Of a stretch of DNA of 64,000 nt, positions 1-10,964 are shown piece by piece. The stretch covers positions 7,346 through 71,345 of the forward strand of contig RQSC01000518.1 of the NCBI GenBank assembly GCA_013416795.1, written 5' to 3'. The notes beneath the pieces are model-generated. The model was not told the DNA's origin and did not search any database. It saw only the letters and a list, made by a program, of their open reading frames with translations. The stretch comes from Prasinococcaceae sp. CCMP 1430 (lineage: Eukaryota > Plantae > Prasinodermophyta). The translations under genes were made by a program, and so were the position numbers. How positions within the stretch are numbered: position 1 is the first letter of the stretch; each line of letters opens with the position of its first letter.

Positions 1-1530
1 GTATGCGCCTCGCCGGAAGTGCTCATTGCCCTCGTTGCGCGCGCACCGAGCGTCAAGGACATTGTCCTGCGCGATGGTGAACGCGCTGGCTGCCGCGCGG
101 CGTCCATCGGTGCGCTCCTTGCACATCTGCACATCCTTGAGCAGCGCTGGCGCTTCCTTGAGCGTCGTGAAGTCCCTTCTGAGCACTACGGCAGGCTCGC
201 CCTCCAAGTGCCTGCGGTGCCACCACCAGCCTGCGGGTACGAGCAGAACCTCACCCGGTACGAGGGTAGCAATGCAGGGAGTTGCCGCGCGCGCACGGGG
301 GTACGCCGACCAATCGGGCTGCGATGGGTCGAATCCGCTCACATCGCTCTCCACGGCGCCGCCACCTATAAGATCCGCCTCCAGTGGTGCGTACATCACG
401 TATTGGGTGCTTCCTCGAAGCTGCGCGTGCCAAGAATGCATCAGTCCTCCGCGCGTGCGCCCGAGTGCGCGTTGTGCACCCGGCGGGCCGACGCTCAGAC
501 TATGGCACCCGACCCCCGGAGTAAGTGTGCGCTCGGGCAAGAGACTCAGCCCTGCTATGTGTGCCCGTAGCTCGGACGCGGCGGCCTCGTCTGCCACCAA
601 CTCCTCCGCCGTACTCCGAGCCGGTGGACCGCCTCTGCCGCTGCCGCCGTCGTGCCCGCCCAGCGAGTCCGTGGCCTCCCCCCTCGCACCAAAGAGGCGC
701 CACTCGTCCAGCTGAAAGGGCTTGCGACGGCCGCCCCCCCTGCGCTCGTAGCGCTCGATCATTGCAGCGGAAGCGTGGCCAGCGACGCTCTTGAACGATG
801 CATACGCGATGAGGTCGGCGAGCGGCAGGACTAGCGCCTGCGCGCGCGTGTGGGGTGCGAGTGGCTCGGGCGACGCGGCGGCTGCACGCGGTGGGCACAC
901 GTCGCGGCATGCGACGCGCTGGGCGCCAACGACGCCAGACATGAAGTACTTTGCATCCCTGCGGAAGCGCGTGCGCGTGTCAGGCACGGAATTGGCGTGA
1001 GATGCTGCTGACAGCAGCACACGCAAAGATGCCTGCACCCTCACTGCCCGCCAGTGGCGGGCACGGGCTCTTGGCGCGACACACCAGCTGAACGGAGCGT
1101 CCCAGTGTCCGCAGCCCGCTTTCCCCCTGAGCACAAGCGGGGTGCGCGGCACGCGCTTATCTCCGCCGACCGCCTCCTCCTGGTCAACGTTTGCTGCTGC
1201 GAGCATCGTCGCGATGAGCGCGGGGTCTGCGTCGGCCGGAGCGACGGGTGCCGGCGATGCACCGGGCAGCATCGAAGGCTCCTGCTGCGCCCAGCGCAGA
1301 TCCACCGACCGTCTCTCGGGGCAGCCACGGCCCTCGCTGTCGCCCGCGTGCTTTCCCTGCACCCCGCCGCCGGCACGTGCCTCGCCGCACATGCGCCCCT
1401 GGCGCGCGATCCGCTCAACGCATCGTGCCGAGCACACATGGTACGCATTGGCGGCGTTCGGGCACCCGGGCACGCTGGTGCCCGCGCCGCCGCCTGGCGC
1501 GGCGGGCGCCGCGCTCGCGACGCCTGCCAT
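1..1530 (-). CDS. JmjC/cupin_8-like domain plus TPR protein (3' end runs off the window; probably catalytically degenerate)
   Basis: Not in the ORF track because there is no stop in the window. Manual translation from ATG 1530 with a GT-AG intron at 959-1084 gives PLVLRGKAGCGHWDAPFSW|DAKYFMSGVVG (cupin_8 N-terminus), WHAQLRGSTQYVMYAP...FDPSQPDWSAYPRARAATPCIATLVPGEVLLVPAGWWWH (JmjC core), then ARNEGNEHFRRGAY (start of a TPR) at the window edge. Confidence 0.7.
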   Translation of the reverse strand, partial: MAGVASAAPAAPGGGAGTSVPGCPNAANAYHVCSARCVERIARQGRMCGEARAGGGVQGKHAGDSEGRGCPERRSVDLRWAQQEPSMLPGASPAPVAPADADPALIATMLAAANVDQEEAVGGDKRVPRTPLVLRGKAGCGHWDAPFSWCVAPRARARHWRAVRVQASLRVLLSAASHANSVPDTRTRFRRDAKYFMSGVVGAQRVACRDVCPPRAAAASPEPLAPHTRAQALVLPLADLIAYASFKSVAGHASAAMIERYERRGGGRRKPFQLDEWRLFGARGEATDSLGGHDGGSGRGGPPARSTAEELVADEAAASELRAHIAGLSLLPERTLTPGVGCHSLSVGPPGAQRALGRTRGGLMHSWHAQLRGSTQYVMYAPLEADLIGGGAVESDVSGFDPSQPDWSAYPRARAATPCIATLVPGEVLLVPAGWWWHRRHLEGEPAVVLRRDFTTLKEAPALLKDVQMCKERTDGRRAAASAFTIAQDNVLDARCARNEGNEHFRRGAY

Positions 1531-1746
1531 GGCGCCCGACGCGAGGGAAGTGTGGTGATGTGGTCGAGGTGGGGTCTCACGCTCAGGTCAGCGCGCGCCT
1601 CCTCGATCTTCCCTCCCCTCACCCCCACCGCCGCGCGCGCCAGCGAGCGCACCGCCGTGCGCGCGCTCTGGCTCGCGCGCGCCACTTGGGGCGCCCCTTC
1701 GCGCGCGCGCGGGCGCGCACCGCCCACCGCAAATGGTTTGGGTTAC

Positions 1747-1774
1747 GTTACGAAAATCTTCAAGTTTTCGTAAC
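1747..1774. promoter_or_regulatory. Perfect 10-bp inverted repeat in a divergent promoter
   Basis: GTTACGAAAA (1747-1756), spacer TCTTCAAG, TTTTCGTAAC (1765-1774); AT-rich, between the divergent JmjC-TPR and EF-hand genes. Confidence 0.45.
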
Positions 1775-1839
1775 CCGCCAAGCCAGCCAGACCCCAGCGG
1801 GCGCGAACGAGGCGCGAGGGGGAACGCGGCGCGCGCGCG

Positions 1840-1841
<2 letters not shown>

Positions 1842-1875
<34 letters not shown>
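1842..1875. repeat. (AG)n microsatellite
   Basis: Uninterrupted agagag... run. Confidence 0.95.
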
Positions 1876-1878
<3 letters not shown>

Positions 1879-2099
1879 AGGCGCACTACTGCCTGTGGGT
1901 GTGTACCGGAGCTGTTTCTCGCACCTCACGTGACCATGCGTGCGTGTGTCGAATGCGGCGACGCGCCCGGGGAGGCGCAGGGGGGCGCGGGACTGAGGCG
2001 CAAGCGCATGCGCATCCGCACGGCGCGCGCATGCGCGGGCGCGCACGCGCAGTGGCGCCGCGCTCGAACACACGCGACCGCGCACATGCGCGCGCGCGT

Positions 2100-2100
<1 letters not shown>

Positions 2101-2137
<37 letters not shown>

Positions 2138-2212
2138 GCACGTACACACGCACACACACACACGCACACACGCACGCACGCACGCATGCACGCACGCACG
2201 CACGCACGCACA
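2101..2212. repeat. Compound (CA)n/(CACG)n microsatellite
   Basis: cacaca... grading into cacgcacg... Confidence 0.9.
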
Positions 2213-2572
2213 GGCGCTCGCGCGCCACACACACGAGCGCTGCAGCGTCCACGCGTGCGCGCGGAAGTCGCATTTCGATCAGCGAGAAATTGCTTCAATT
2301 ATATATCATATTAAGTTGAATGACGGAACCATTTTCGGCCACGGCCGCCGCAAAGCCGCCGCGCGCGCCGGCGGCTGGCGGGCGCACCCGCGCGCGGAGC
2401 GCGGGCGCGCAGGCGCACGCGTGGGCGCGGCGCGCCACACGCCGCTCTGCGCGGCGCAGAGGCCCGGACCCGCTCACCCGCGCGTGCGTGGCGGGGACAG
2501 CCGCGACGGCGGTGGCTGCGGCGGCGGTGGAGGAGTGCGCAGCGGCAGTGGCTGCACTCGCGCACTCTCGGC

Positions 2573-3733
2573 ATGTCGTCCCACCACGCGGGCGTGTCGC
2601 CCCACCACGTGTACGGCGCGCATGCTCACGGTGGCGCTCTCAACGGTGGGCATGGGAGAGACACGTCGTCGGGATGGAAGGCGATGGAGCACTTCATGGC
2701 CACCCTGTCGCTCATCGACCCCGATGCTGATACTGTCAGCGTCGACGCGGCCCCTGCGGGCAGCAGCGACAGAGGCGCAGGAGAGGCCACGGGCGCTGGC
2801 GCGGACAGACAGCCAGGTGCGGGGGCGGGCTCTGCGCGCGTGGGTGCAGACGAGGGCCCTCGCGCGTGTGCGAGTGGCAGGGCGCACGCCGACGCCGGTG
2901 TGGGTGCGAGGGGTGGCACCAACGCGAAAGGGCACGCACACGACGCTGCCACGGCCGTCGGTGCGCACAGCGGTGGCTCGCACCCCCACGGCAAAAACCG
3001 CAGCGTCGGGCTCAACTTTAACGCGAAGGGTCAGGCGGTGCTTGACCTGAGAAAAGGCAACCGGTTGGAGGACATCGTGTCCGCGGCGCACCGCACGCCT
3101 GAAGCGCTCAAAAGTGTTGGCGCCGTGCGCCTGCGCAAATACCACCTCTCAATGCAGAGGCTCGTCGAGCTGCGCGCGATGTTCGCCGACGCCGACGTCG
3201 ACGCCAACGGCGACCTCAATGACGCGGAGATCGTGAGCTCCATGCAGCGGCGGCGCGCCCTTCGCACAGAGAGCACCGTACGCATGTCTCGAAAGGGCGG
3301 GAAGTACACGCGCCTGGCGGAGGAAACAGACAGGCTCGAGAAACTCAAGATGGTGCGCTCGGCGATCGAGCGCTTCGGCGGCAAACTCAGCTTCAGAAAT
3401 TTCGTCGGCCTCATGCTGCCATATACGACGCGCTTCGAGCGAAAGATGGTCGAGGACGTGCTCTTCCCTAAAAGCGAGGTAGCTGTCGAGGAGGAGAAGG
3501 TCACCACCGAGCAGGACAGCGCCGCATACATCTCTGCGCTCTTCGAGCAGATGGACGAGGACGGCTCTGGCGAGCTGGACATCTGGGAGTTCAAGGACAT
3601 GATGCGCAAGCTCGGCGTGGACGACCCCGATGAGATCGCACAGTACTTCCGCGAGATCGACGAGGACGAATCGGGGCGGGTCTCCGTCGAGGAGTTGACC
3701 GAGTGGTGGGTGGCCAATGGGTTGTCAAGGTAG
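2573..3733 (+). CDS. EF-hand calcium-binding protein with a His/Gly-rich N-terminal extension
   Basis: 386-aa ORF with loops DVDANGDLNDAE, DEDGSGELDIWE and DEDESGRVSVEE; TGTAA at 3971. Confidence 0.8.
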   Translation: MSSHHAGVSPHHVYGAHAHGGALNGGHGRDTSSGWKAMEHFMATLSLIDPDADTVSVDAAPAGSSDRGAGEATGAGADRQPGAGAGSARVGADEGPRACASGRAHADAGVGARGGTNAKGHAHDAATAVGAHSGGSHPHGKNRSVGLNFNAKGQAVLDLRKGNRLEDIVSAAHRTPEALKSVGAVRLRKYHLSMQRLVELRAMFADADVDANGDLNDAEIVSSMQRRRALRTESTVRMSRKGGKYTRLAEETDRLEKLKMVRSAIERFGGKLSFRNFVGLMLPYTTRFERKMVEDVLFPKSEVAVEEEKVTTEQDSAAYISALFEQMDEDGSGELDIWEFKDMMRKLGVDDPDEIAQYFREIDEDESGRVSVEELTEWWVANGLSR

Positions 3734-4112
3734 ATGCGACCGTGCCCGTGTGTGTCAAGCGAGCACCCCTGCTAGCGGCTTGAGGCAAACGCGCGCGTGC
3801 GCGCGAACTCGAGCATCGATCAGCCAAGCTTCGGAAAAAAATGCGGTGCCGCCTATGGGGCACCTGTCGTTACATGCATGATACAATTATATAGCTATAA
3901 ACACTGTGTCCGTGGTCTGCGAAGCTCGCATGTTGCAGATCCACCCCATCTCGTCTGTCGTCACACTCCGTGTAAAGTATCTGTACATACATTCCAGGAC
4001 AGAGAGGAGAGATGCGAGGGGTCGGACGTCGCCTTGCGTGTGCACCGCCGCAACTGGGTCCACACGGCGCCGAGGCCGGTAGCTACGTGGTAGGGCAATA
4101 TCGCGGGAGCGC

Positions 4113-5770
4113 TCACTTGTGCTCGAGCATCATGTTGTTCTCTGGAGGCAGGCCCACGCACGCGCGCATGATGTTCTCGAGCATCGCACGCTGCTTCGCG
4201 AGGGCGTTCACGACAGGAGTGCCCTCGGGCACCAGCGGCGCCTTGGTGAGATACGAAAGCAGCACGGCGACCGGGTGGAAGCCGTGGAACTCCTCGCCGT
4301 CCTTCCTGAGTTCGATGCGCGTAATGAGTTCGGCCAGCAGCACCAGGTCGAGAATGATGGGCGCTGCGAGCAGCGAGTCCTCACACGTGTTGTGCATGAC
4401 GATGGTGTTCTTGCCATTCATGAACAGCTCCGAGGTGTACTCGTCCATCGCACGCTTCGAGTCACCCACGTACGGCAGGTACTTGATCACGACGATGTGA
4501 TCGGGCGACTCACCGGCCTCGTACAAGATTTCGTTGGACTCGACCATGTCGTCCACGACGTTCGACTTGGAAATCTCCTTCGAGCGGAAGCAGTTCGGCT
4601 GGCTGAGGTTGTAGCCGTCGTTGTTGCCGAGATGGTTGTAGCTCACAATGGACATAGGCTTGAGACCCGCGCCCACCAGGAAGTCGACGAGCACGGACTT
4701 CATCTTGGTCTGACCTGACTTGAAGTCGTCACCGCCGATGAGGCTGCGCTCCTTGATTGCGTACTCGATGACGCCCGGAACGAACGTGTTCTGCGGCGAG
4801 CCGTTGACAAAGGGGACCTTCTCGGCGATGCACGCCATGGCGAACATGGTCGAGGGCGAAATCTCCTCGTGGTCGGCGTCGATGGCCTTCTCCAGGTTCT
4901 CGTGGGTGTCATGCACCCCCGCCTGCACATCAGTGTAGCGCTCGGTGTTCGCGGTCCACAGCACGACGAGCGAGTCGCAGCCATTCTGCTCCTTGAACTC
5001 GCGCATCTGCTGCCTCACCATCTCGATGCGCTCGCGCTTGGTGCCCTTGAGCACGTTGTCCGCGCGCTCTGCCTGATTGGCCGCGATGTAGCTCGGTTCG
5101 TAGATGGTCGGCAGCGGCTTCATGTCCCTCATGTAGGGGGCCACCTGGCGCTGCAGGTCGTAGTCGAGGACCTGCGCTCGCTCCATCGCCTGGACCATGT
5201 CCGTGCCACTGATGTCCCAGCCGCCGATCACGATGTCGTTCGGATCCACCATCGGCAGAATCTTACCGAAGGGCACGTGCACCTCGGCGCCGTTGAATGA
5301 ACCCATGCGCGCCGTCGCCGCCTGTGTGAGCGACCCCCAATAGTTTGCCCTCTTGATGCCCTCCTGCGATGAGCCAGCGCGCGCGCGTCAGCTTCGGACG
5401 GCAGCGCAGGCGGCGCACTCGCGATCGGCCGCCCTTCACGGAATGGAATGGCGGCAGCCGCACACTTCGGGCGCGAGCGCGATGTGCCGTCGCTCACCTT
5501 GGTCTTCCAGCTAATATCCTCCCTGTTGGCGATGATGCCAGCGGTCACCGTGGTGCCGTTGTTGCCACCCCAGCCCACGAGCATGACGCCGAGCTTGGGC
5601 ACCTTGGTGCTCGTCTTGAACTCGTACGTGTGCTTTTCCGGCGCGACCTCCAGCTCGCCGTCGGGGCCCTCGCGCACGGCGGTCGTGTTGTACTCGTACG
5701 TCGCCTCAATCGCGTCGGCCGCATAGCGCACGTTGGGGCTCGCGACCTTCAGGCCATCCTTGCAGAGCAT
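4113..5770 (-). CDS. INO1: myo-inositol-1-phosphate synthase
   Basis: Exon 1 from ATG 5770 contains GWGGNNG; intron 5364-5497 (GTGAG...CGCAG); exon 2 has [49 protein letters not shown] and [10 protein letters not shown]. Confidence 0.97.
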
Positions 5771-7020
5771 GGCTGCGCCTCCGGACGGCCGGGCGATGGG
5801 ATTGAGGGGGGGGCGCCGCCAGGCTGCGCGCGCCAAGTGGCGCGCTGCGCGGCGGCGCGGCGGCGGGCGCTGCAGCGCAAATGTCCCTCGCGCCGCCGCC
5901 GCCGCGCCTCCGGAGCCTCCCGCGCGCGCGCGCGAGGGCCGTTCGCACGCAAACTTTCCGGAAACGCCGGCGCGAAAACGACACAAAACCGCGAAACCAC
6001 GCACCGGTCGGGCCTCGACGCCGCGCGCCGCGCGCCGCGCACAACACGAGCAGCAGAAGCAGACGCGCGCCTCGCCTCTGTGGCTGGCTGGGGCATTTTC
6101 CCGCCGATTTTCCCGCGCGGCGGCGCGCGCGCGCGCGCCGCCGCCGAAAACGGATCGAGACGTGGGGCGGCCCGCCCCCGCCCCCGCCCCCGCGCGCACC
6201 CTTCAACAGCCCACCGACCGACAGACGGACGACGCTCGTCGCATCACCATCATCATCATCGTCTAATTTTCATGGCCAAACAACACGAACAAAACCGACA
6301 CACCGACCAAGAAGTGCAGCAGTGGCCGACGCGCCAATGATTGGGCCCGTGGGGCGGCGCGCGTGTGTGGCCTGAAAACTTTGCGGCGGATCCATGCCGC
6401 CGGATCGAGCGGCCGCTGGCTGGCGCGCGCGCCGCCGCGCGGCGGGCGCGTGGGGACGAGGGGGGACGCGCCCCCGCAAAAAAAAAAAAAAGATGGCAGA
6501 AACATGGGTCCGCCGCGACGCGCGCGCGTCGCGCCGAAAACGAAAACCGCGCGCGCCCCGCGAGTGCTGCGCGTGTTTTGATCGGGAGTTGCGTGCGCTT
6601 GGTTTCGCGTTTCCGCTTTTCGTCAGCGCGCCCGCGGTTTTCATGCCAGTTTTCTGTTTTTGTGTTATTTTATTTTATTTTATTTGCGGGGGGAGCGGCG
6701 GCGCTCCGCTCTGGCGTTCGTTTCGACCGCGCGCGTTTTTCGCGGGGACGTTTCGCGGATGCGCATTAGTTCCGCCGGCGGGCCACGGAGGCGCGGGCAG
6801 GCAGGCAGCAGGTTCCGCCTGCGCTCGGCCACAGGCCACGCGCGCTTCTGCAATAGATTAACGCCGACGCATCCCAGCACATCCAATGCAACTTCATTAC
6901 ACCTCCCTCCCGCCATGGGAGGGTGGGATACATACTGTAGGCGGCAGGGGACTGGTGCGAGGAGGGGTGCCGCGGCGGCCCGCTCTGCGGCTCGACGCGC
7001 GGGGACTGAGCCCTGTGCGA

Positions 7021-9436
7021 TCACATCAGGTCTGAGAATCCGAGGCCCTCCATGACCGCCATCCTGATGCGCGCGTCGACCACGTCCTCGAACTCCGCGC
7101 GAACCTTCTCGCTGACCGCGTCCTCCACGGGCGCCTGGCGGCGCGAGAAAGCGCGGAGCTGCCCGAGCACGAGTTCGCTCTCCTGCGCCCTCTCCTCCGC
7201 CTCGCCACTGATTGCATCGGCCGCAGCACCCTTGAAGCCCTTGAGCACGCTCAGCACCGGCCCCGAGCCCACCTCGCCACCGTCGACGCTCATGTCGGCC
7301 GGCCCGGACGCGACGGCCGTGCGCAGCAGCTCCCAAGGAAAGGCGGCCTTCCACGCGCCCTTCGCCTCGGATCCGAACACCCATCCCACAACGGCGTCTG
7401 TGTCGAGCGCGCCGATGTCGAGCAGCTTGGACGTCGCGAAGACGAGCTGCTGCGGCGCCGCCGCCCAGAAGCGCGCCGTCGCAGCCATTGCGCTCGCCCG
7501 CTCGTCGGCGGCCGAGCAGATGCCGACCAGCGTCTCCTTGTATCTGTCGAGCAAGATAGTCGTGTGGCTCAAGCTCGCAGCGCCGAGCTTCAGCAGCGTT
7601 TGCACCGCCACAGCGGCCGCGGCAGACGCCCCGTGCGCCTCGGCCACCGTCCCCTGGAGCCACTCCAGCAGATCCTCCGCGGTGGCTTTCGAGCGCACCT
7701 TGTTGACCATCTCCTGCGCCGCCGCGCACAGCTCGGGGGGTGCGCCGCCGCCGTCGGCGTAGGCGAACGCCGGGAGCGGCTCGGGAGGAAGCAGCGCGTG
7801 CAGCTGCTCGGGGATGCACTTCTGTGTATGCTCGTAGTACGAGAGTCGCACGAGCGCGCCGAGGGTCTGTTCCACGAACATGCGCTGCGGGTGGAGCGAG
7901 TCCTGCTCGGTGACGTCCATCCACGAGTCCCACGCCCAGCCGAACTTGAAGTTGGACATGTGGTGGGCCAGCCAAATCGCCAGGCGCTCGCGGCACTCGA
8001 CGTCCAGCTTGGTCATGCGCAGAAACAGCACATTCGCGGTGGTGAGCAGCGCTTTCGGGAAGGTCTGCGGCAGGGCCTTGCACAGCTCCATCATCACTGT
8101 GCCGTAGAACACCTCGGGGAAGGCCGGCCGAGGCAGCGCGAGCATCTGGCCGAGCAGCACCTCGGCCAGCAGGAAGTGGCTCGGCTCGGGGCACTGCAGG
8201 TGTACGAGCTCACCCACCAGCTCGGGTTTCCAGCCGTTGAAGCTCTCCAGCGAGTCTAGAACCAGCTCCTCCATCAACGCCCGATCCGACGGGCAGAGGC
8301 CGCAGGCCGTCTTTGTTGGCGGAAGCAGCGAATACGTCCAGCGCCCCTGCGGGAGCTGCGGCACGTCCGCGGCAGCGACGCCCAGGCTGGCAATATCGTG
8401 CTGCTGCGCCTTCTCCAGGTGCATCTTGAAGTCGTCGAACACCCGCTCGAAAATTCGTGCGCCTTGGGGCTCCTGCTGCTCGCCGCTCGGGACCGTCGCT
8501 CCGCCCGCCGCGCGCAGCTTTTCCCAGATATCTTCCATCGCCAGGCGCATCACGCCCTTGTCGCCTGAGATGATCTGACAGCCCACGCGGGCGGCCTTGA
8601 CAGGCGAGGGCCGCCCCCCCATATAGCGCTCAAGAGCGGCCACGAGCGCCGCGTACTCCTCGGGCGCGCGCCGCGCCACCTCGTGCTCGGCGATGGGCAG
8701 CCCCGACACCACAAAACCGGCCACCGCATCCGCCGACTCGTGCCTGCCCTCGCTCTGGCACGCGATCGCCAGCTCGGTGAACTCGAGGAACGTGCGCGCG
8801 AGCGCCGCGGGCGAGACCACATCGGTGAGCACCAGCACCGACCACAAGCGGCACAGCGCGCGGCAGCGGAACGTCTGGCCCGCGGCGAGCGCCTCGACAA
8901 GCACTTGCCGCGTTCGCTCGACGAGCCCGCCCACCCACTCGTAGGTGTCGGTGTTCAGCAGCCCAATCACCGTGCCGTATATGCTCGCCTTGGTGGGCAC
9001 GCCCGCCGCGCACTCGACGATGGTTTCGGAGATCTGCACCGGCGGGCGACGGCGCGATCAGCACGTGAGTGCGTGCGGCGGGGCGCGCGACTGTCAGCGC
9101 CACGCACGCTGCGCCGCGGCGCGCCCGCGCGCGCTGCACGCAGCACTCCCGCGGGCGGGTCAAACGCGCGCGCGCCCTCTGCACCGCCAGGCGGAGCACC
9201 GCGCTGACGGGGGGCGCCGCCGGCGCCGCGCGACGCACCACGGTGTCGTAGTGCTCCAAGTCAATCTTGAGCGCGCCCGCCAGCTCCGCGATCTCGTTCA
9301 CCACCGTGAGGTTGGGGTCGAGGTACCGCCTGCCGCCGAGCGCCACGAGCGAGCCGCGGATCGCCTCCTGCGGCGAGGGCGGCGCCGGCTCGTGGTGCCG
9401 CGGCCGTTTGTTGTTGCGCCCCTGCTGGTGCGCCAT
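7021..9436 (-). CDS. NCBP1: Nuclear cap-binding protein subunit 1 (CBP80, MIF4G domains)
   Basis: Exon 1 MAHQQGRNNKRPR... (ATG 9436); intron 9034-9238; exon 2 has PTKASIYGTVIGLLN, FPEVFYGTVMMELCK, ERLAIWLAHHMSNFKFGWAWDSW and LVRLSYY. Confidence 0.92.
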
Positions 9437-9519
9437 CCCTCCGAGGCACCCGCTGCTCGAGCGCGGACGACCGCAGGGAGGGCCCCGCACCCCTGCTCGG
9501 CGCCGCCGCCGCGCCGCGG

Positions 9520-9846
9520 NNNNNNNNNNNNNNNNNNNNNNNNNNNNNNNNNNNNNNNNNNNNNNNNNNNNNNNNNNNNNNNNNNNNNNNNNNNNNNNNN
9601 NNNNNNNNNNNNNNNNNNNNNNNNNNNNNNNNNNNNNNNNNNNNNNNNNNNNNNNNNNNNNNNNNNNNNNNNNNNNNNNNNNNNNNNNNNNNNNNNNNNN
9701 NNNNNNNNNNNNNNNNNNNNNNNNNNNNNNNNNNNNNNNNNNNNNNNNNNNNNNNNNNNNNNNNNNNNNNNNNNNNNNNNNNNNNNNNNNNNNNNNNNNN
9801 NNNNNNNNNNNNNNNNNNNNNNNNNNNNNNNNNNNNNNNNNNNNNN
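9520..9846. other. Assembly gap (N run)
   Basis: Run of n. Confidence 1.
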
Positions 9847-10964
9847 GCCCAGGAACGGACCCGTGCTCGCGAGCCCGAGCGGGCGGACCGCGCGCGCCGA
9901 CGCGCCCGCCCGACCAGCCGCCGGACCCGGCAACGGGGCGCATGAGGCGGACCGACCGACACCGACCGAGGCGGAACGAAGCCGTCGCGCATGGCGCAAC
10001 TAACAGACCCTCTTTTCTGGTCAAAACCTAAACCTGGGCGCCCCAAACTGCGGCCTCCGACCGAGCCGAGGCCGGGGCCGGGGCCGGGCTGCCGCTCCGC
10101 TGCCGGGGCTCCCACGCAGGGCTCCCCGGCCGCGCGCCTCGCCGCCCCGGCTGGCTGTTCGCGCGCCCACAGGTCAGCGGCCCTTCAACGCGAGCACGTG
10201 CATGCTTGCATGATACCGCCACCGTCCGTCCGCACGTACAGACAGGCGTGCTGGCGTTTTCGCAGGCGTGCGGATGTGCAGGGCGGAGGCTCGAAGGCAC
10301 ATGCAATGCAGGGGGCGCGCGGCCGCGGGGCGGCGGGAAAGGACGGGGGACGCACCGATGCGCGTCGGCGCGGCGCGCGTTCGCCTCGCCGAATTCGTCC
10401 CCGAATCCGTCGAGTTTTCCTTTGCGGGTGATGGATGGATGCGGAGCGGGGAGGGAGCGAAAAAACCAAGATGGTGAAAAAACGCGGCACGACAGTCTGA
10501 AAGTGGAGAGAAAAGGAAAAAAAAACGCATTTTCCCTTCTCCTTCCGTCCGGTCGGTTGTGTGTGGTGGGGGAAAAGAGCATCGATTTTAGGTGTTGTCT
10601 GTTACCCGCAGTTCCATCAATTGATGGCGAATGTGCGTGGAATGAACGCAACGATGGCCATCCGATCGATCGATCGACAGGCCAACGACGGGCCGAGGCG
10701 CCCCCCCCCCCCCACACGACCCGGGGCGCGCGCCTCGCCGGGCGCGAGCGCCGCGCGGCATCCCTGCGGAACCCAGGAGGTGTATGGGATTCGATGGAGC
10801 GTGTGCTCGCGAGCGAAGAGCGCGGCATCCGCGCAGAATGCGCGGCGGGCGCGCGCGCGCGCGCGGCAAAGGGGGACAGCAGAAGCCCGCGGGCGCCGCG
10901 CGGCGGAGGCGTTGGCGCCGGTTCGAGAGGGGGAAAACGCGCGGCGCGCGCGCGCACGAGCGCG

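Noticed and set aside
3805-3832. XhoI-ClaI-HindIII site cluster resembling a vector polylinker
   Set aside because: Spacing and intervening bases do not match a known polylinker as I recall it; flanks are a normal 3' UTR.
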